Part shown: piece by piece, positions 37,528 through 49,212 of the stretch
Layout: each line of letters starts with the position of its first letter
Numbering within the stretch: the stretch's first letter is position 1
Source: Paraspadella gotoi
Taxonomy: Eukaryota > Animalia > Chaetognatha
Assembly (NCBI GenBank): GCA_051294375.1
Contig: CM119271.1
Coordinates: forward strand, 10,407,427 to 10,471,426
Direction of reading: 5' to 3'
DNA: 64,000 bases
The notes under the pieces: model-generated
Told to the model about the DNA's origin: nothing
The model's input: the letters and a program-made list of their open reading frames with translations, nothing else
Databases searched by the model: none
Position numbers and translations under genes: made by a program

Positions 37528-38722
37528 ATCCATTTGATTTCGCTTTTCGACAATCTCAAGAACTACGCGTGGGCCATCCACGAGTGTGTACGCGTTTGTC
37601 CTCACAGTTTTTTTTTTTTCCTGTTTGTTTTGATTTTTATCGTTAGCCCTTTTTTTTTTCAAAATTACATCGCCGATCAAATTTCCAAATAATTATTTGG
37701 TGAATTTTCGAAATTTCTCTTCATATTATTATTAATATTTAGTATTTAAAAAAAAATGGGGGAAGAAGCCAGTTGATGTTTTATAAAAATAAATTCAAAT
37801 GCTTTAGGATCTCATGTAAGATGTGAGATGTGTTTGGGAGTTGTTCTTTACAGAATTCCTTATGAAATTGGTACAACCAATATAAAAATTATCCATTCAT
37901 ATATTTATATATTCATATATTTGACTTACATTGACCTGATTTTATTGTCCCTTGGTAGCGTCGAAATTATTCGCAATAAATTATTAAACTCAATGGTTGC
38001 TATAACGTCAGTACTTTTTCGTTCTTTGTAAGGTTAAAAATTTACTTTTTTTTTTTTTTTTAAACGGGATTGATTGATTTGTTCTTTTCTAATCGAAATA
38101 TAAAAACTATTTGTGATAATTTTTTTGAAGGCATACTCGGGAGACTATGACGAAAAGCCGTACTGAGTTCGGAGATGTACTCGACACTCGACGCACTTGA
38201 GAAAAATTGGCATTTTTATTCCTCTGAGATTTTTTTTTCCAAATCAATTCGGTTTCCAATCTCTTTGACATTCATTCGCAAAAAAAAAAAAATATTTAAA
38301 AAAAATATACTTTGCTAGAGTTAATTGGTAGGTTTTTAATTTTTGTAATGTTAGGTTAGAAATTTATATAGCCGCGATTGGTTGGTTTTATAGTGGTGAT
38401 TTACGTCTTTGTCACCGCTTTATATCCTCCAGTTATCTGTTGCTTACATTTTACGTCTGTGACTAGACTTAAAGCTTAACAGGCAATTTCTCAGTTATTC
38501 ACAATATTGTTATTGATAGTACTTGTAATGATTTTCACTTTCCTGTATTTATTTAAATAATGTTGTTTTAAAAAATGCACTGCAATTGGCTTGTGCACAA
38601 CTATTTCAACAATATTTTTTTTTTTCAGATTAAGCTTAAAATAATAGCTTATCTGTGATGAGTTACTATGATAACTGTGCATTTGAAAACGCTCGATTAG
38701 CATCGACTTAAAAAAAAATATC

Positions 38723-40528
38723 ATGGCCCCCGTAACTACGAAGGACGGTTTTTGGGGCCCACCTACAGCCCTGGTCGACTGGTGCGAAGAAAATTACGTG
38801 ATAACCTCGTACATCGCCGAGTTTTGGAATACTCTAAGGTATATATTTGGAAATGGTGTATTTAATGATCAATGAGATTATTAAATTTTAATTTGTCAAT
38901 TAATCGTTGTCAATTCGGCTCCAGCAATCTTCTCATCATCGTCCCCTCGATCGTATTCGCGATTCACTCGCGACGCATCGGACTCGAGGACAGATATTTT
39001 TGGTTGCAATTTTCTTTCTTTCTGGTCGGCATCGGGTTAGTTTTATTTTGCATGTAAATTCTCTTTTTTATATATACTAAAGTATAAAAAAAGAATATAT
39101 TATATTTTTTTTGAAAAAGTGAGCTTATTTAAATGAGCTTTATCATACAATTTTAGGTCTTGGCTTTTTCACATGACGCTTCTTTTTGGGATGCAAATAT
39201 CAGGTGTGATATAAACTTTGTAAACAGGATTTGTAATAATATTACATAATTCAAACTGGCATGTCGCCTGAAAGTGTTGTTGTTGCTGTTGTGTTCGGAA
39301 GTCGGGCTCACTAATGAAGAGACAGTAATTATTGTTGTGTTAGTTATAAGCAGTCCCTGAGCTTCGGATCAGGCGTTAACACCGTGTTACATGCGTGTTA
39401 AGCGCCCCGTCCCCCTTAACTGCTAAGCGACCAGCGGGCTAGAACCCCGGACTTTTGGGTTGGGAGGCGCATGACTTGCCTCCTGCACCAATGGCCGCTG
39501 ATGAACGGTTGGTGGATTTTAGTCCACCATCACTGTTTTTATGAGTTTAAAATTTTTTAAATATTTTTTTAAAAACCATTTAAATTCCATGGCGTCTCTT
39601 CAGACGAACTTCCTATGGTCTTCGGTTCCAGCCTGTGCTTCTACGTCTTGTGCGAGAACGGAGAACCGAGAGGCAAAGCCAATCTGCGCCTGGCGACGGG
39701 TCTCGCCGTCTTCACCTTCGCCATCACCGCGATTTACCTCTTCGTCAAAGATCCCGTCTTCTTTCAAGTCTCCTACGGCGTCACCGTCGTCGCTACCTTT
39801 GCTCGAGCCTTGTACAACATCAGAAACTTTAATTCGTGTCGACAGGTAGGGGGCGTGGAAGGATACTTACCTTTTTTTTTTATCTAAAAAAAAAAAAGCC
39901 GAGAAAGAAAAAAGTGTGTTCCTTGTTTGAATTCTATCCATTGGGTCCTATTTGCTGCTTGTTAGTTTTTTTTTTTTTTAATTCCTTATCCTCTTCAGGT
40001 TCGTTTTATTTATTTTCTCTCCGTTTCAAGTTATTTATTCGCCTTTTTCTTGTGGAATGTCGATCAGCATTTTTGCTCCAATCTCCGTTATCTCAGAGGA
40101 GGCTTGTATGGTAAGTCAGGGTGGGTCTCTTAAATGAAGACATAGACAAGTTACTCATTCATTTCCCCCCCCCCTTTTTTTTTTGTCGTCGTCGTCCCCA
40201 TGATGATGATCGCAGGCCTCGCGTCGATCTTGTCTCCTTTTACTCAACTCCACGCCTGGTGGCACGTGATCGTCTCCCTCGCCACCTATCAATTCATCGC
40301 TTTCGACTGCATCGCCAGACAAATACGCTTAGGTCGGCCACGCCCACTGTATTTGGGTTATTTTGTGTGATACATGTGTACACGAGTACTTTCAAAAGAA
40401 AACTTCTTCTTTTCACCGTAGGAAAAAAACTTTCTTGGGCGATGGCGTTGGGAATATTCCCGTACGTTACTTTAGAGACGCATGAGACCCACGGCCGCTC
40501 TTACCTCAACGTGATTGGAAAGACTTGA
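38723..40528 (+). CDS. ACER3: Alkaline ceramidase (ACER3-like), multi-exon
   Basis: [65 protein letters not shown]. Confidence 0.92.
39316..39536 (-). ncRNA. tRNA-derived repeat family A copy 2 with twister fold (39349-39424), in an ACER3 intron
   Basis: About 90% identical by eye to 36626-36809. P4/L4/P5 and GA-CG are intact; tRNA-like unit at 39427-39498; same hairpin. Confidence 0.75.
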
Positions 40529-40947
40529 TTCGGAGGGGGGGACTCTGCAAAGATATTTTTATTAATTTATGTCTCACTCTTCTTGTTTACAGTCATATTA
40601 ATCTCACCAGATTTTGTTTCATCGTATATTTATATACAGGTTTAGGCGAGGAGAGGATTTAAAAAAAAAATGAAGTGATTGTGTATATAACGGAAAGAGT
40701 CCTATATTTTTTTATTTTTCGATCGCTTATTTTTGAAAAAAAAAATGTTTTCTGTATTTGTTAGTTGTTTCGTAGCAACGTGTTGGAAGGCGTTTTCCGC
40801 CAGAAAGCCTGTGAAATTTTCAATGTAGCTGCAGAACACGCTTCTGAAAGATTTCACTTTTTTCGGACGACCAACTTTTCTATTTCTTCTTCTGCAGTCC
40901 TTCACGCGGCCCGCGGGATTTGCTTGCCAAAATTTGATTCTAACCAA

Positions 40948-41015
40948 TTTTTCTTGTAGAGTTTTATATTATATTTTATTTTATATTTTATATTATAAAA
41001 CTCTACAAGAAAAAA
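40948..41015. repeat. Palindrome with arms of about 20 bp around an AT microsatellite
   Basis: TTTTTCTTGTAGAGTTTTATA ... TATAAAACTCTACAAGAAAAA. Confidence 0.8.
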
Positions 41016-41458
41016 TGCCACTAGACGATCGACGCTTTTAGAAACGGATATTGAATGATGAATTTATTTCGTAGATAAGATCGTTCCACTATTCTTTTTC
41101 ACTTGTTATGGATATCGGATAATCAATGTTTCTTCTTTGATAATAAATTGATTTCGTTTGGTTTTCTTCTATTTTAACGTGCTCATGTTTATTTTTTCAT
41201 TTTTAATCACAAACTGTTGGAAAATAAGTTTAAGGAGAGCAGAAACTTAAAGGTTCACAAAATTAAATAGTTAAAAAATTAACTGCCAATTTTAATATGT
41301 GCAACTTTTATAGACCGATCTGTAATATAACCGGGAGACCCTCCGCGATAATTTAAATATTAAAGTAAGTTAATAACTCCGAATACTATTTTTATTTCTC
41401 GCCCAATTTGGTTATTGGTAAATAGTGAGGCGTTTGAGAACAAAGAATAGAGATGCGT

Positions 41459-43540
41459 TCAACTGAAATCGCGACCGGGAAATAATAAGGGAGCGACGAG
41501 CGTCCAAGTGTAAAGAAGCGCACACATCCAAGAAGAAACGACCTTGAACCAGAAGGCGGAGCTGTTTGCCAGCGTTGCCTGGGAAGCGGTCCTTGTCGGA
41601 AATTGTTCAATAAATAAATATACAATTAACAAACTTAACGTTCGTCCAATCTAACCTCGTGGGATTCATCCAGTTTGTAAAACACATAGTTGTATACATC
41701 GATGAAATGAACATGATGAAATGAAAAAAGCTGTAGCTGTTTGGGGGGGGGGTGGAAAGATAATACTTATTGTCAATTTTTTTTTGTTTTTTTATCTAAC
41801 CTATATCTTGTTTCTTCTGTCTCGTCATCGTAAGCATATCCAATATCTTTTTTCGGCCTGGTTTCATTTTCATTATTGCCATCATTACGATCAGCGTTAT
41901 TGTTGTTGTTGGAACCGAACAGTTTTGTAGAGTTCGAAGAATTTCTAAATTATAAAAGTTAGAATCCATTAAAGTCAATTCAGTTTACTTAGTTTACCTT
42001 ATGCGAATTTGAGTTCAAATTCTCTTACCTCATCGCTGAGTACAAAATACACAAACTGGATAAAAGTAAGGCTAAGATGCTCACTGGTCTAAGGTATAAA
42101 TAGTTGTCGTTCTTGGATTCGTATCTAAATTGGAAATGTAAGGCATTCGTCGATCAACATATCCCCCAAAAGCGCAATCTGAATTTGACATGATTAAACT
42201 TATATTAATAGTTATCTACCTATCCTTATCCGCCCCGTATTTAAAAATGTTGAATATTCCCGGGTTGCAATTGATATCCGGTTGATTGGATAACCCTGTC
42301 CAGGTAATAAACATTACATAGAGGGTCATAATAGAGGATTGTAGAAGACCCGCTCGGCTTGTTTTTTCTTGAACTCTCTTCAAAATTGACAGTACTGAGA
42401 ATGTCATACAAGCAAACCCGTTCACGGATATTATAACCTATTGAAATTAATTTTCAGTGAAACCTATTATCTAGAAAGTCAATATCCTTTACTAGTTTAC
42501 CTTGTTCAACACGCAACCATCTGATTTGGTGTAATAAATGTACAGACATGTGGTTAAAGCTATAGACAATCCATAGCATGCCATTGTGATAAAACATAAT
42601 AAACAAACAAAACATTTGTTTTCGGTGACCTCGTAATTGTCGCCCAGGTACTCATTCAAGAAGTATGCGAAGTCGATGGTTAGAATTAACTGCCAAAAAA
42701 GTTATTTTTCGAAAAAAAGTAATCAAATTTTAAAATAATTATTATAACATAGAAACTAACTTGTATAATTATATAAATCGCAGAACCGACGAAACAAATA
42801 TACATCCAATAAATTGCAAATTCAGCCGGCATGTAAAACGCTCCCACCATAATGCAGATCAACGCAGTAAATTTGAAAAACCAAAATCCGTTTTGAATTC
42901 CTGAAAAAAAAAGTTCGTTCTCGATTTCTGAGAAATCCATCCGTCGATTTAGTCTCCACCTGCTCTACAGTCTTTAGACGAGCGCACGTCGATCATTATG
43001 AGGCTAAATGCGCCGAAGAACATGGCGATGGCGAAAAAGCATCTGTAGATGGCGCTGACACTGTGGACGCAATCTCCCTTACGAAAATGTCATTAGAGAG
43101 ATTTATTAGTAGAGTAGATTTTGCGTCTTTAATCAACCCCATTCATTACTTGCTTTGATCCTCTTTGTCCGCATAGATGGTGAATGTGCCCTAGTTGCTC
43201 CTGGACTTCCGGAATGATCATCACAGCTGACAAGATCATGCCCGACAAGAGGACGCAAGCGAAGACGATGCGCGTCGACGTCGAGTTTCTACATCTACGC
43301 GGATCATCATCATCAATTATCAGTCATAATTAGCATACATGTTGAGATATCCTTCAAATGACTCACTTGCAGCAACCACGGCAGCAGCAGGCGACGGCCG
43401 TTCCTTAATTCAGACCCGTCGAACGTTGTCCCGTTACATTTTTATTTTAGTAAATGCCCATTTGTCTAAGATGTACCTGTGCAGCAGCTCGCTAAACCTT
43501 GAGAGAAAGTGGAACTCAGGAGGGCGAGAACGCAACCCAT
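41459..43540 (-). CDS. SERINC: Serine incorporator (SERINC/TMS1) family protein, many short introns
   Basis: MGCVLA..SCC; NSTSTRIVF; VRSSKDCRAGIQNGFWFFKF; AGLLQSS; SYSFFHF; WFKVVSSWMCALLYTWTLVAPLLFPGRDFS*. Confidence 0.9.
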
Positions 43541-43760
43541 TTTGCGTCAGTTGGTCGTCGTCGTCGTTCTTGCCAAAAGACTCCTTTTCCTTTCCGTGTC
43601 CCCTTTTTATTTTTATTTTCCCGCCAATTTCTTTATTACGTAAAGCATTTTTAATTTCAGATGCGCGAATTGTAAACGAGAATTTTTATCTTTCTCCGTT
43701 GGCGGGAAGGTAAACGTCGCGCATGACTATCGAGACGCTAGTCTCCGGCGAATCCGAAAC
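43541..43760. promoter_or_regulatory. Probable bidirectional promoter between divergent SERINC and C6orf120
   Basis: Head-to-head ATGs 220 nt apart. Inferred from gene layout only. Confidence 0.5.
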
Positions 43761-45319
43761 ATGAACTCCAAACTGACGAGTTTTCTTTTCCTTTTACTCC
43801 TCTACCTTTTTCCCTTCGTCGATAGCAACAGTCAGTGGGTCTTGGGCGAAAAATATTTGCCGTCCGATGCCTCTCTCTACAGAACGTTTCGATCCAAGGT
43901 AATGTTAATCTGCGCCAACGACATTTAACTATAGTGAACCGTTCCATTGACAATGGCATTGTCAGATTAAAGTAATATGATTTTTGAAACAAAACAAAAA
44001 ATATTTGAAGTGATGTAATATCACTACCCGTTGGATACGACTGTTCCTTTCATCAGCGCCGTAATAGCGCGCTGTGCTAATGCTTCATCTCCGAAACTTA
44101 TATTCCCGGGTTCTAGCCCTAGTCGGAACAGTCCTTGCAACAAGAGTGACGGGCCGGTTAAACCACCGCTAACCACTGCCGGAGTTCCGGAAAGCAAGGC
44201 AACTGACGGAAAAATCTCCCCGACCCACTAAGTGTGGGGGCTCTCCACACTCACAAGAGAGGCATGGCGACCCTCTCTCCTCTCGATCACGTCAGATTCT
44301 CATTCGTTTAACCGTGTTCAAAACCTAACTACCAATTAATTAATTAACCAAGGTCGAAGGCGGCCACTACGTCGTCTTCCAGCTGACGAGCGGCGGGAAC
44401 TTGGAGTTGCTCCTCAACTCGGAGTCGGGCGACGCGGACATATACGTCAGCTCCAAGTCGAAGAGTCCCTCCGCCGACGACTACGAGTTTTCCTCCGTCA
44501 CCTGCGCCTCCGACTCCGTTTTCATTTCCGAAGATCAGGTGGTTTTCTAAATGGGGGGGGCGTTTAATTTGACGTATGTATTATGGGTAGGGGGCGCTAA
44601 AAAAAAATTAAGTTCCACTTTGCAACACTATTTTAGACACCACAGGATTCAAATTACCGGTAATAATCGGAGTCAGGATTTTGATTTATTCGTAAAGGAG
44701 ATTGAATTTATATGTTGACTTAATTAGATTTTATTTTTAAGCGCTTTTCCTATTGGTTAGTCTTGAAAAAGGTTTTTTTTGTGTTTTTTTTACATTAATT
44801 TATATCGGCATGTTTCGATACAATTTATTATCAGACATTTTCGAACAAAATTTCTAATGGCGGGAGTAAATTGGTCACCCGGTATTTTCAATACTGCAAT
44901 ATGCAAATGTATTTTTTGAGTATCTAACCTTTTTCCCCCAGCCCCGCCCCGTCCATATTTCCGTGTTCGGCAGCCCCTACCACCACGAGTCCGCCTTCAC
45001 CCTCAACGCCTACCACATTTCTGCCAAGTCCAGCTACAATCGCATCTTCAACGCTTTCAACGTCGTCACCTACGAGGATCTCGCCAACCGCCACGTCGTT
45101 CTGCGCGACTCCGGCCGCGGTGACAGCGACGACGGCGTCGACGACTCGCGCGGTCGCCGAGATGCCCCGACGGGCTCGTCGGGTGCGGGCGGCGGCGACG
45201 CCGGCTCCGTTTCGAAGGACGGCTGGCTGTCCTGGATCCTCGACGGAGAAGAGGGTTGGGTCGCCGTCTTCACCGTCATTATGGGGGTGTTGAAAGTCGT
45301 TCTGCAGGCGTTGGGCTGA
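43761..45319 (+). CDS. C6orf120: UPF0669 / C6orf120-like protein (exons 43761-43898, 44353-44538, 44942-45319)
   Basis: Signal peptide; LNSESGDADIYVS..P..DDYEFSSVTC..D.V.I; RPVHISVFGSPYHHES; C-terminal hydrophobic helix. Confidence 0.85.
44049..44205 (+). ncRNA. tRNA-derived repeat family C with relic twister-like fold, in C6orf120 intron 1
   Basis: Shares TTCATCAGCG..CC, CTCC.AA and CCGGGTTCTAGCCC with family A. Followed by CCUUGC..GA-CGG-GCCGGU-UAA..GC..CCGGA/UCCGG..GCAAGG, with L4 missing. Confidence 0.45.
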
Positions 45320-45619
45320 AGAACCCTGAATCTAAAAAGACTTGATTCTTTTGTTATCGACGTTTATCATTTCAACCACAGTTCTGTTTTACTTTTTTTG
45401 GGGGTTTTTTCGATGTGACTACTTTAATTTTCACTTATCCTTTTTTTACGGGCTCATCCGATGTTCTTGTAGCCGTTAAACGTAGTTTAGTATTTGTCGA
45501 ACTGGGGATGCCATTTGTGAAACATTCCGAATATGGAAACGAAATTCCATTTTTATTTCATATTCGCCTAACCTTCTCATGATTTACATTCGGTCTCTTA
45601 GTAACAGTTAAACTTAAAA

Positions 45620-48291
45620 ATGTTCTCAAGATGTATACCGCCGATCCGCTTTCTTCGCACACGAACGTCCGTGACCGTCCGATCTCGTCCCGAGCTTGGC
45701 GCGACGACGGGCTCTTTCGCGGTTGACGCCCTCGTCGGAGAAATCGAGGACGATCCATTGGCAGAGTCTTCGATCAGTCGAAGGAAGAGTCGGACTGTTA
45801 CGGCGTCGACCTCTTCGTCGGACCAGGCGCGACTCTTTCCCGGAAGTGATCCTGATCCCGCGTTGGAAAATTTCCTCGGAGATTTAAACGTGCTGAGGTC
45901 AGGGGGGAGGTTTGGTTGTGGTTTTAGGATTCTGGTTCGCAGGCAAGATCTTTGACGATGTACTTCTTCGTCAGTATTATATTTTGCCTATTTCTCATTC
46001 TTACTTAATAAATATCCCCACCACCATTTCATCAATAATAGCTACCGCCACCAGGAGATGCTGGAGCGCCTCGCCCGCGAATCCTCCGTCTACTTGGACG
46101 AAGTCCACGGCAAAACCGCTCAACAACGCGTTTCCCAAATCCGACAGAGGCTGCTAATCGCTAAAGGTCGCCCCGGCGGCATTTCCAAACTTGGACCTCC
46201 TTGCTCCGGTTGCGGCGCCTTTCTTCATTCGGAAGACGTTCGTCTTCCGGGATTCGCGCCACCGGAAGCGTTGAAACCCGGCGACGGATCCGGCCTACCT
46301 TCTTCGCCTCTATGCCTCCGCTGTTACACTTTAAACGCCCACCGCGTTGCTCTGAAGGTAGAGGTCGACGCCGACGCCTTCCCGGCTTTACTATCCGACC
46401 GGGTCTGCGCCGGATTGCGCGACAAACCCCGCGCCGTCACGCCTCTCGGCAAAGCCGTCGAAAAAATCGGCGTTCTTCTCTTCGTCCTCCTCGACGCCTT
46501 CGATCCCGAGGGAAGCGTCTTTACTGAAGTGGAACGGATCGTCGAGGTTCGATGGAAGAAAGGTACCTTGTTGTCCTACATTCTAACTATTCAAAACTAT
46601 CCCTCAGGACGCCGAGCGCGAAATCCCCGATTCCATACTTACAGCGCCGCAAATGAAACGCCGCGGCGGCGTCAATGTCATTCTCGTCGTCAACAAGGTC
46701 GACCTGCTGCCCAAAGACTCTCCCGACGCTCACGATCGCCTCCGAGAGGTGGCGACGGCGACGTTTCTCGCCCGCACGCGCCTCTCGCCCAAGCGACTTT
46801 TGGCAACTCATATCGTCTCCGCCCGGACGGGATTCGGCGTCGAGGAACTGATCACCGACACTTGGTCTCGATGGCATCGCAAGGGCGACATTTATTTAGT
46901 AGGAGCATGCAACGCCGGGAAAAGCACTCTCTTCAACGTCCTCTTGCGGTCGGACTTTTGCGCTCCGCCGGCGATGGATCAGGTGACGCCCGCGACCGTC
47001 TCCCAATGGCCGGGCACGACTCTCGACCTTCTCAAGTTTCCGCTGAATCCTCCGACCGACTTCAAAATCAAGATGCGACTCAGAAGACTCCGCATTTCTC
47101 GACGAGGAAAAGAAGAACAGCAGCAGCCTGAGAAGCAGCAGCCATCTAAGGACGACGTTTCCGAGGAAGTCGGCCTCACCTTCGAACGCCAACGCCGCAG
47201 CCGCGAGCAATTGGCGTGGCTTCGTCGACGCGGAGCCGAAAACCGCGTCGACCGTCGCGCCTTCGTTTCCTTCGAAGGCAACGGTCGCGGCGGGGTCCGC
47301 GACGTAATAGACCCTGACTGGGACGCCCTCTATCGAAAAGAAAACCCCGACGCGAAACATTTCGATCTTCAAAAACACGAAAAGGCCGTGGATTCGCGGT
47401 GGCTTCTCGACACTCCGGGCGTCGTCGATGGCGGTCGACTCATCGCCTGTTTGATCGAGCGGGAACTGGAAGAAGTGTTGCCTCGAAGCTCGGTGTCGCC
47501 GCGATTCTGCCTCTTGAGGAGTGGGAGGTCGCTGCTGATCTCTGGTTTAGTCCAGATCGACTTTTTGGGGATGGAGGATCATAAAGACATGCCGGTTTGT
47601 TTTCCTTTTCGTTTACTTAGTTTTTCCCTCTCCCTCCCCATCTCCACGTTTTAATGTTGTTTTTCCTTTTTCGCAGATCTATTTATCCATCGTGGCATCG
47701 CCCGAACTTCCCCTGAAGGTGGCTTGGGACTCGACCTCCGCCGATTCTTATCGACGCGCGAACAAAATGAGCTGCGAATATTCGAAGATGATGAAGCCGA
47801 TTTTGCCGCTGATTTTGGCCGGCGACGATCCCACGCGAGGGACGGCGAAGCTCGAGTCTTCGATCGAAAGCAAACCCGTCTTGATCGTGGAGAGCGATGA
47901 ATCGGAACCGACTCTGGAACCACTCGACGATTCGTCGACCGTCTCATTTCCTCCTTCCCTCCGGCCACGCCCCTTGCCGCCGTTTTCCTCGGAGACGCTT
48001 CGCGTGGCGGGGTCGGAAAACTCACGTTGGTTCGAGGACGTCTCCGCCGAGATCGCTCTACCTTCTGTCGGATTCGTGGGTGTTGCCGCCCCGCGCCCTT
48101 GCTTTCTCCGCGTCTGGACTTATGGCGGGAAGAATGGCGGCGTCGTCTTGCGGGATACGCCGCTGCTGCCGCGCGTTTTTTCGCTAAAGGGAGAGAGGGC
48201 GGGAGGGAGAGTCAGGGAAGAAGGAAAGAAGCAACATTGGTCGCCGTTCTATCGTCCAGTTGAATCTACTAAACGATCGGTCGTTGTTTAA
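45620..48291 (+). CDS. NOA1: Nitric oxide-associated protein 1, mitochondrial circularly permuted GTPase
   Basis: CSGCGA..H; CLRC; NKVDLLP (G4) precedes GDIYLVGACNAGKSTLFN (G1); TVSQWPGTTLDLLKFP; DTPG. Confidence 0.92.
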
Positions 48292-48372
48292 GACTTTTGT
48301 TAGCCTATTTCTTTTTTAACAGAAAATTATCAATATTTATTATTTAATAACTCTTAGTCATCGTGTTCCGCA

Positions 48373-49076
48373 ATGGAGTTGTCGGAGACTTTTCACAGTC
48401 ACTCTGACTACATAGAGACGACGGCGGGTAACAAAGTCTCTCGGCAGTCAATCCTTTGCGGATCGCAAAACATCGTCCTCAACGGAAAGACGATCGTCAA
48501 GAACGACTGCATCATCAGGGGAGACTTGGCCAACGTGCGGATCGGACGGCAGGTTGGGAATGGGAGGTCGTTAACTTTTTTGGATCACCGAATATTTTAT
48601 TTTCAATGCTTAATTTAATTAGTGTATTATTAATTTAATTAGTGTATTATCGGCGAGCGAACGGTGATTCGTCCTCCGTTCAAAAAGTTCATGAAGGGCG
48701 TCGCTTTCTTTCCGCTTCACGTCGGTGATCACGTGTTCATCGAAGAGGACTGCGTCGTCAACGCCGCTCAAGTCGGCTCATACGTTCACATAGGCGAGTG
48801 TGAATTTGTGAAATCGTCGTTATTGTAAGTCTTCTTTACTTCTTCTCCCTCTTTTTTTTTCCAGGCAAAGGTTCCGTCATCGGTCGACGATGCATGTTAA
48901 AGGACTGCTGCGCCATCGCGCCGGGCACGGTGCTGCCTCCGGAAACTGTCGTGCCTCCCTTTTGCGTCTACGGCGGATCGCCGGGAAAATTCGTGCGAGA
49001 CTTACCCGAATCCACGCAGGATATGATGATAGACGTGACAAAGAGTTACTATCAAAACTTTGTTCCGCATAAGTGA
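48373..49076 (+). CDS. DCTN5: Dynactin subunit 5 (p25), 3 exons
   Basis: [36 protein letters not shown]; [14 protein letters not shown]; [10 protein letters not shown]. Confidence 0.95.
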
Positions 49077-49212
49077 TACAGCCTTTATTTCATAATGTCT
49101 TATTTTTATTTATATTTAGATTTAAGGACTCAAAAATGCTCTAAAAAGCTTCTTTCCGCTCGTCCATTTTGACTTGAAGCGAGAGAGAGAGAGAGAAGAC
49201 AAAGAAGAGACG

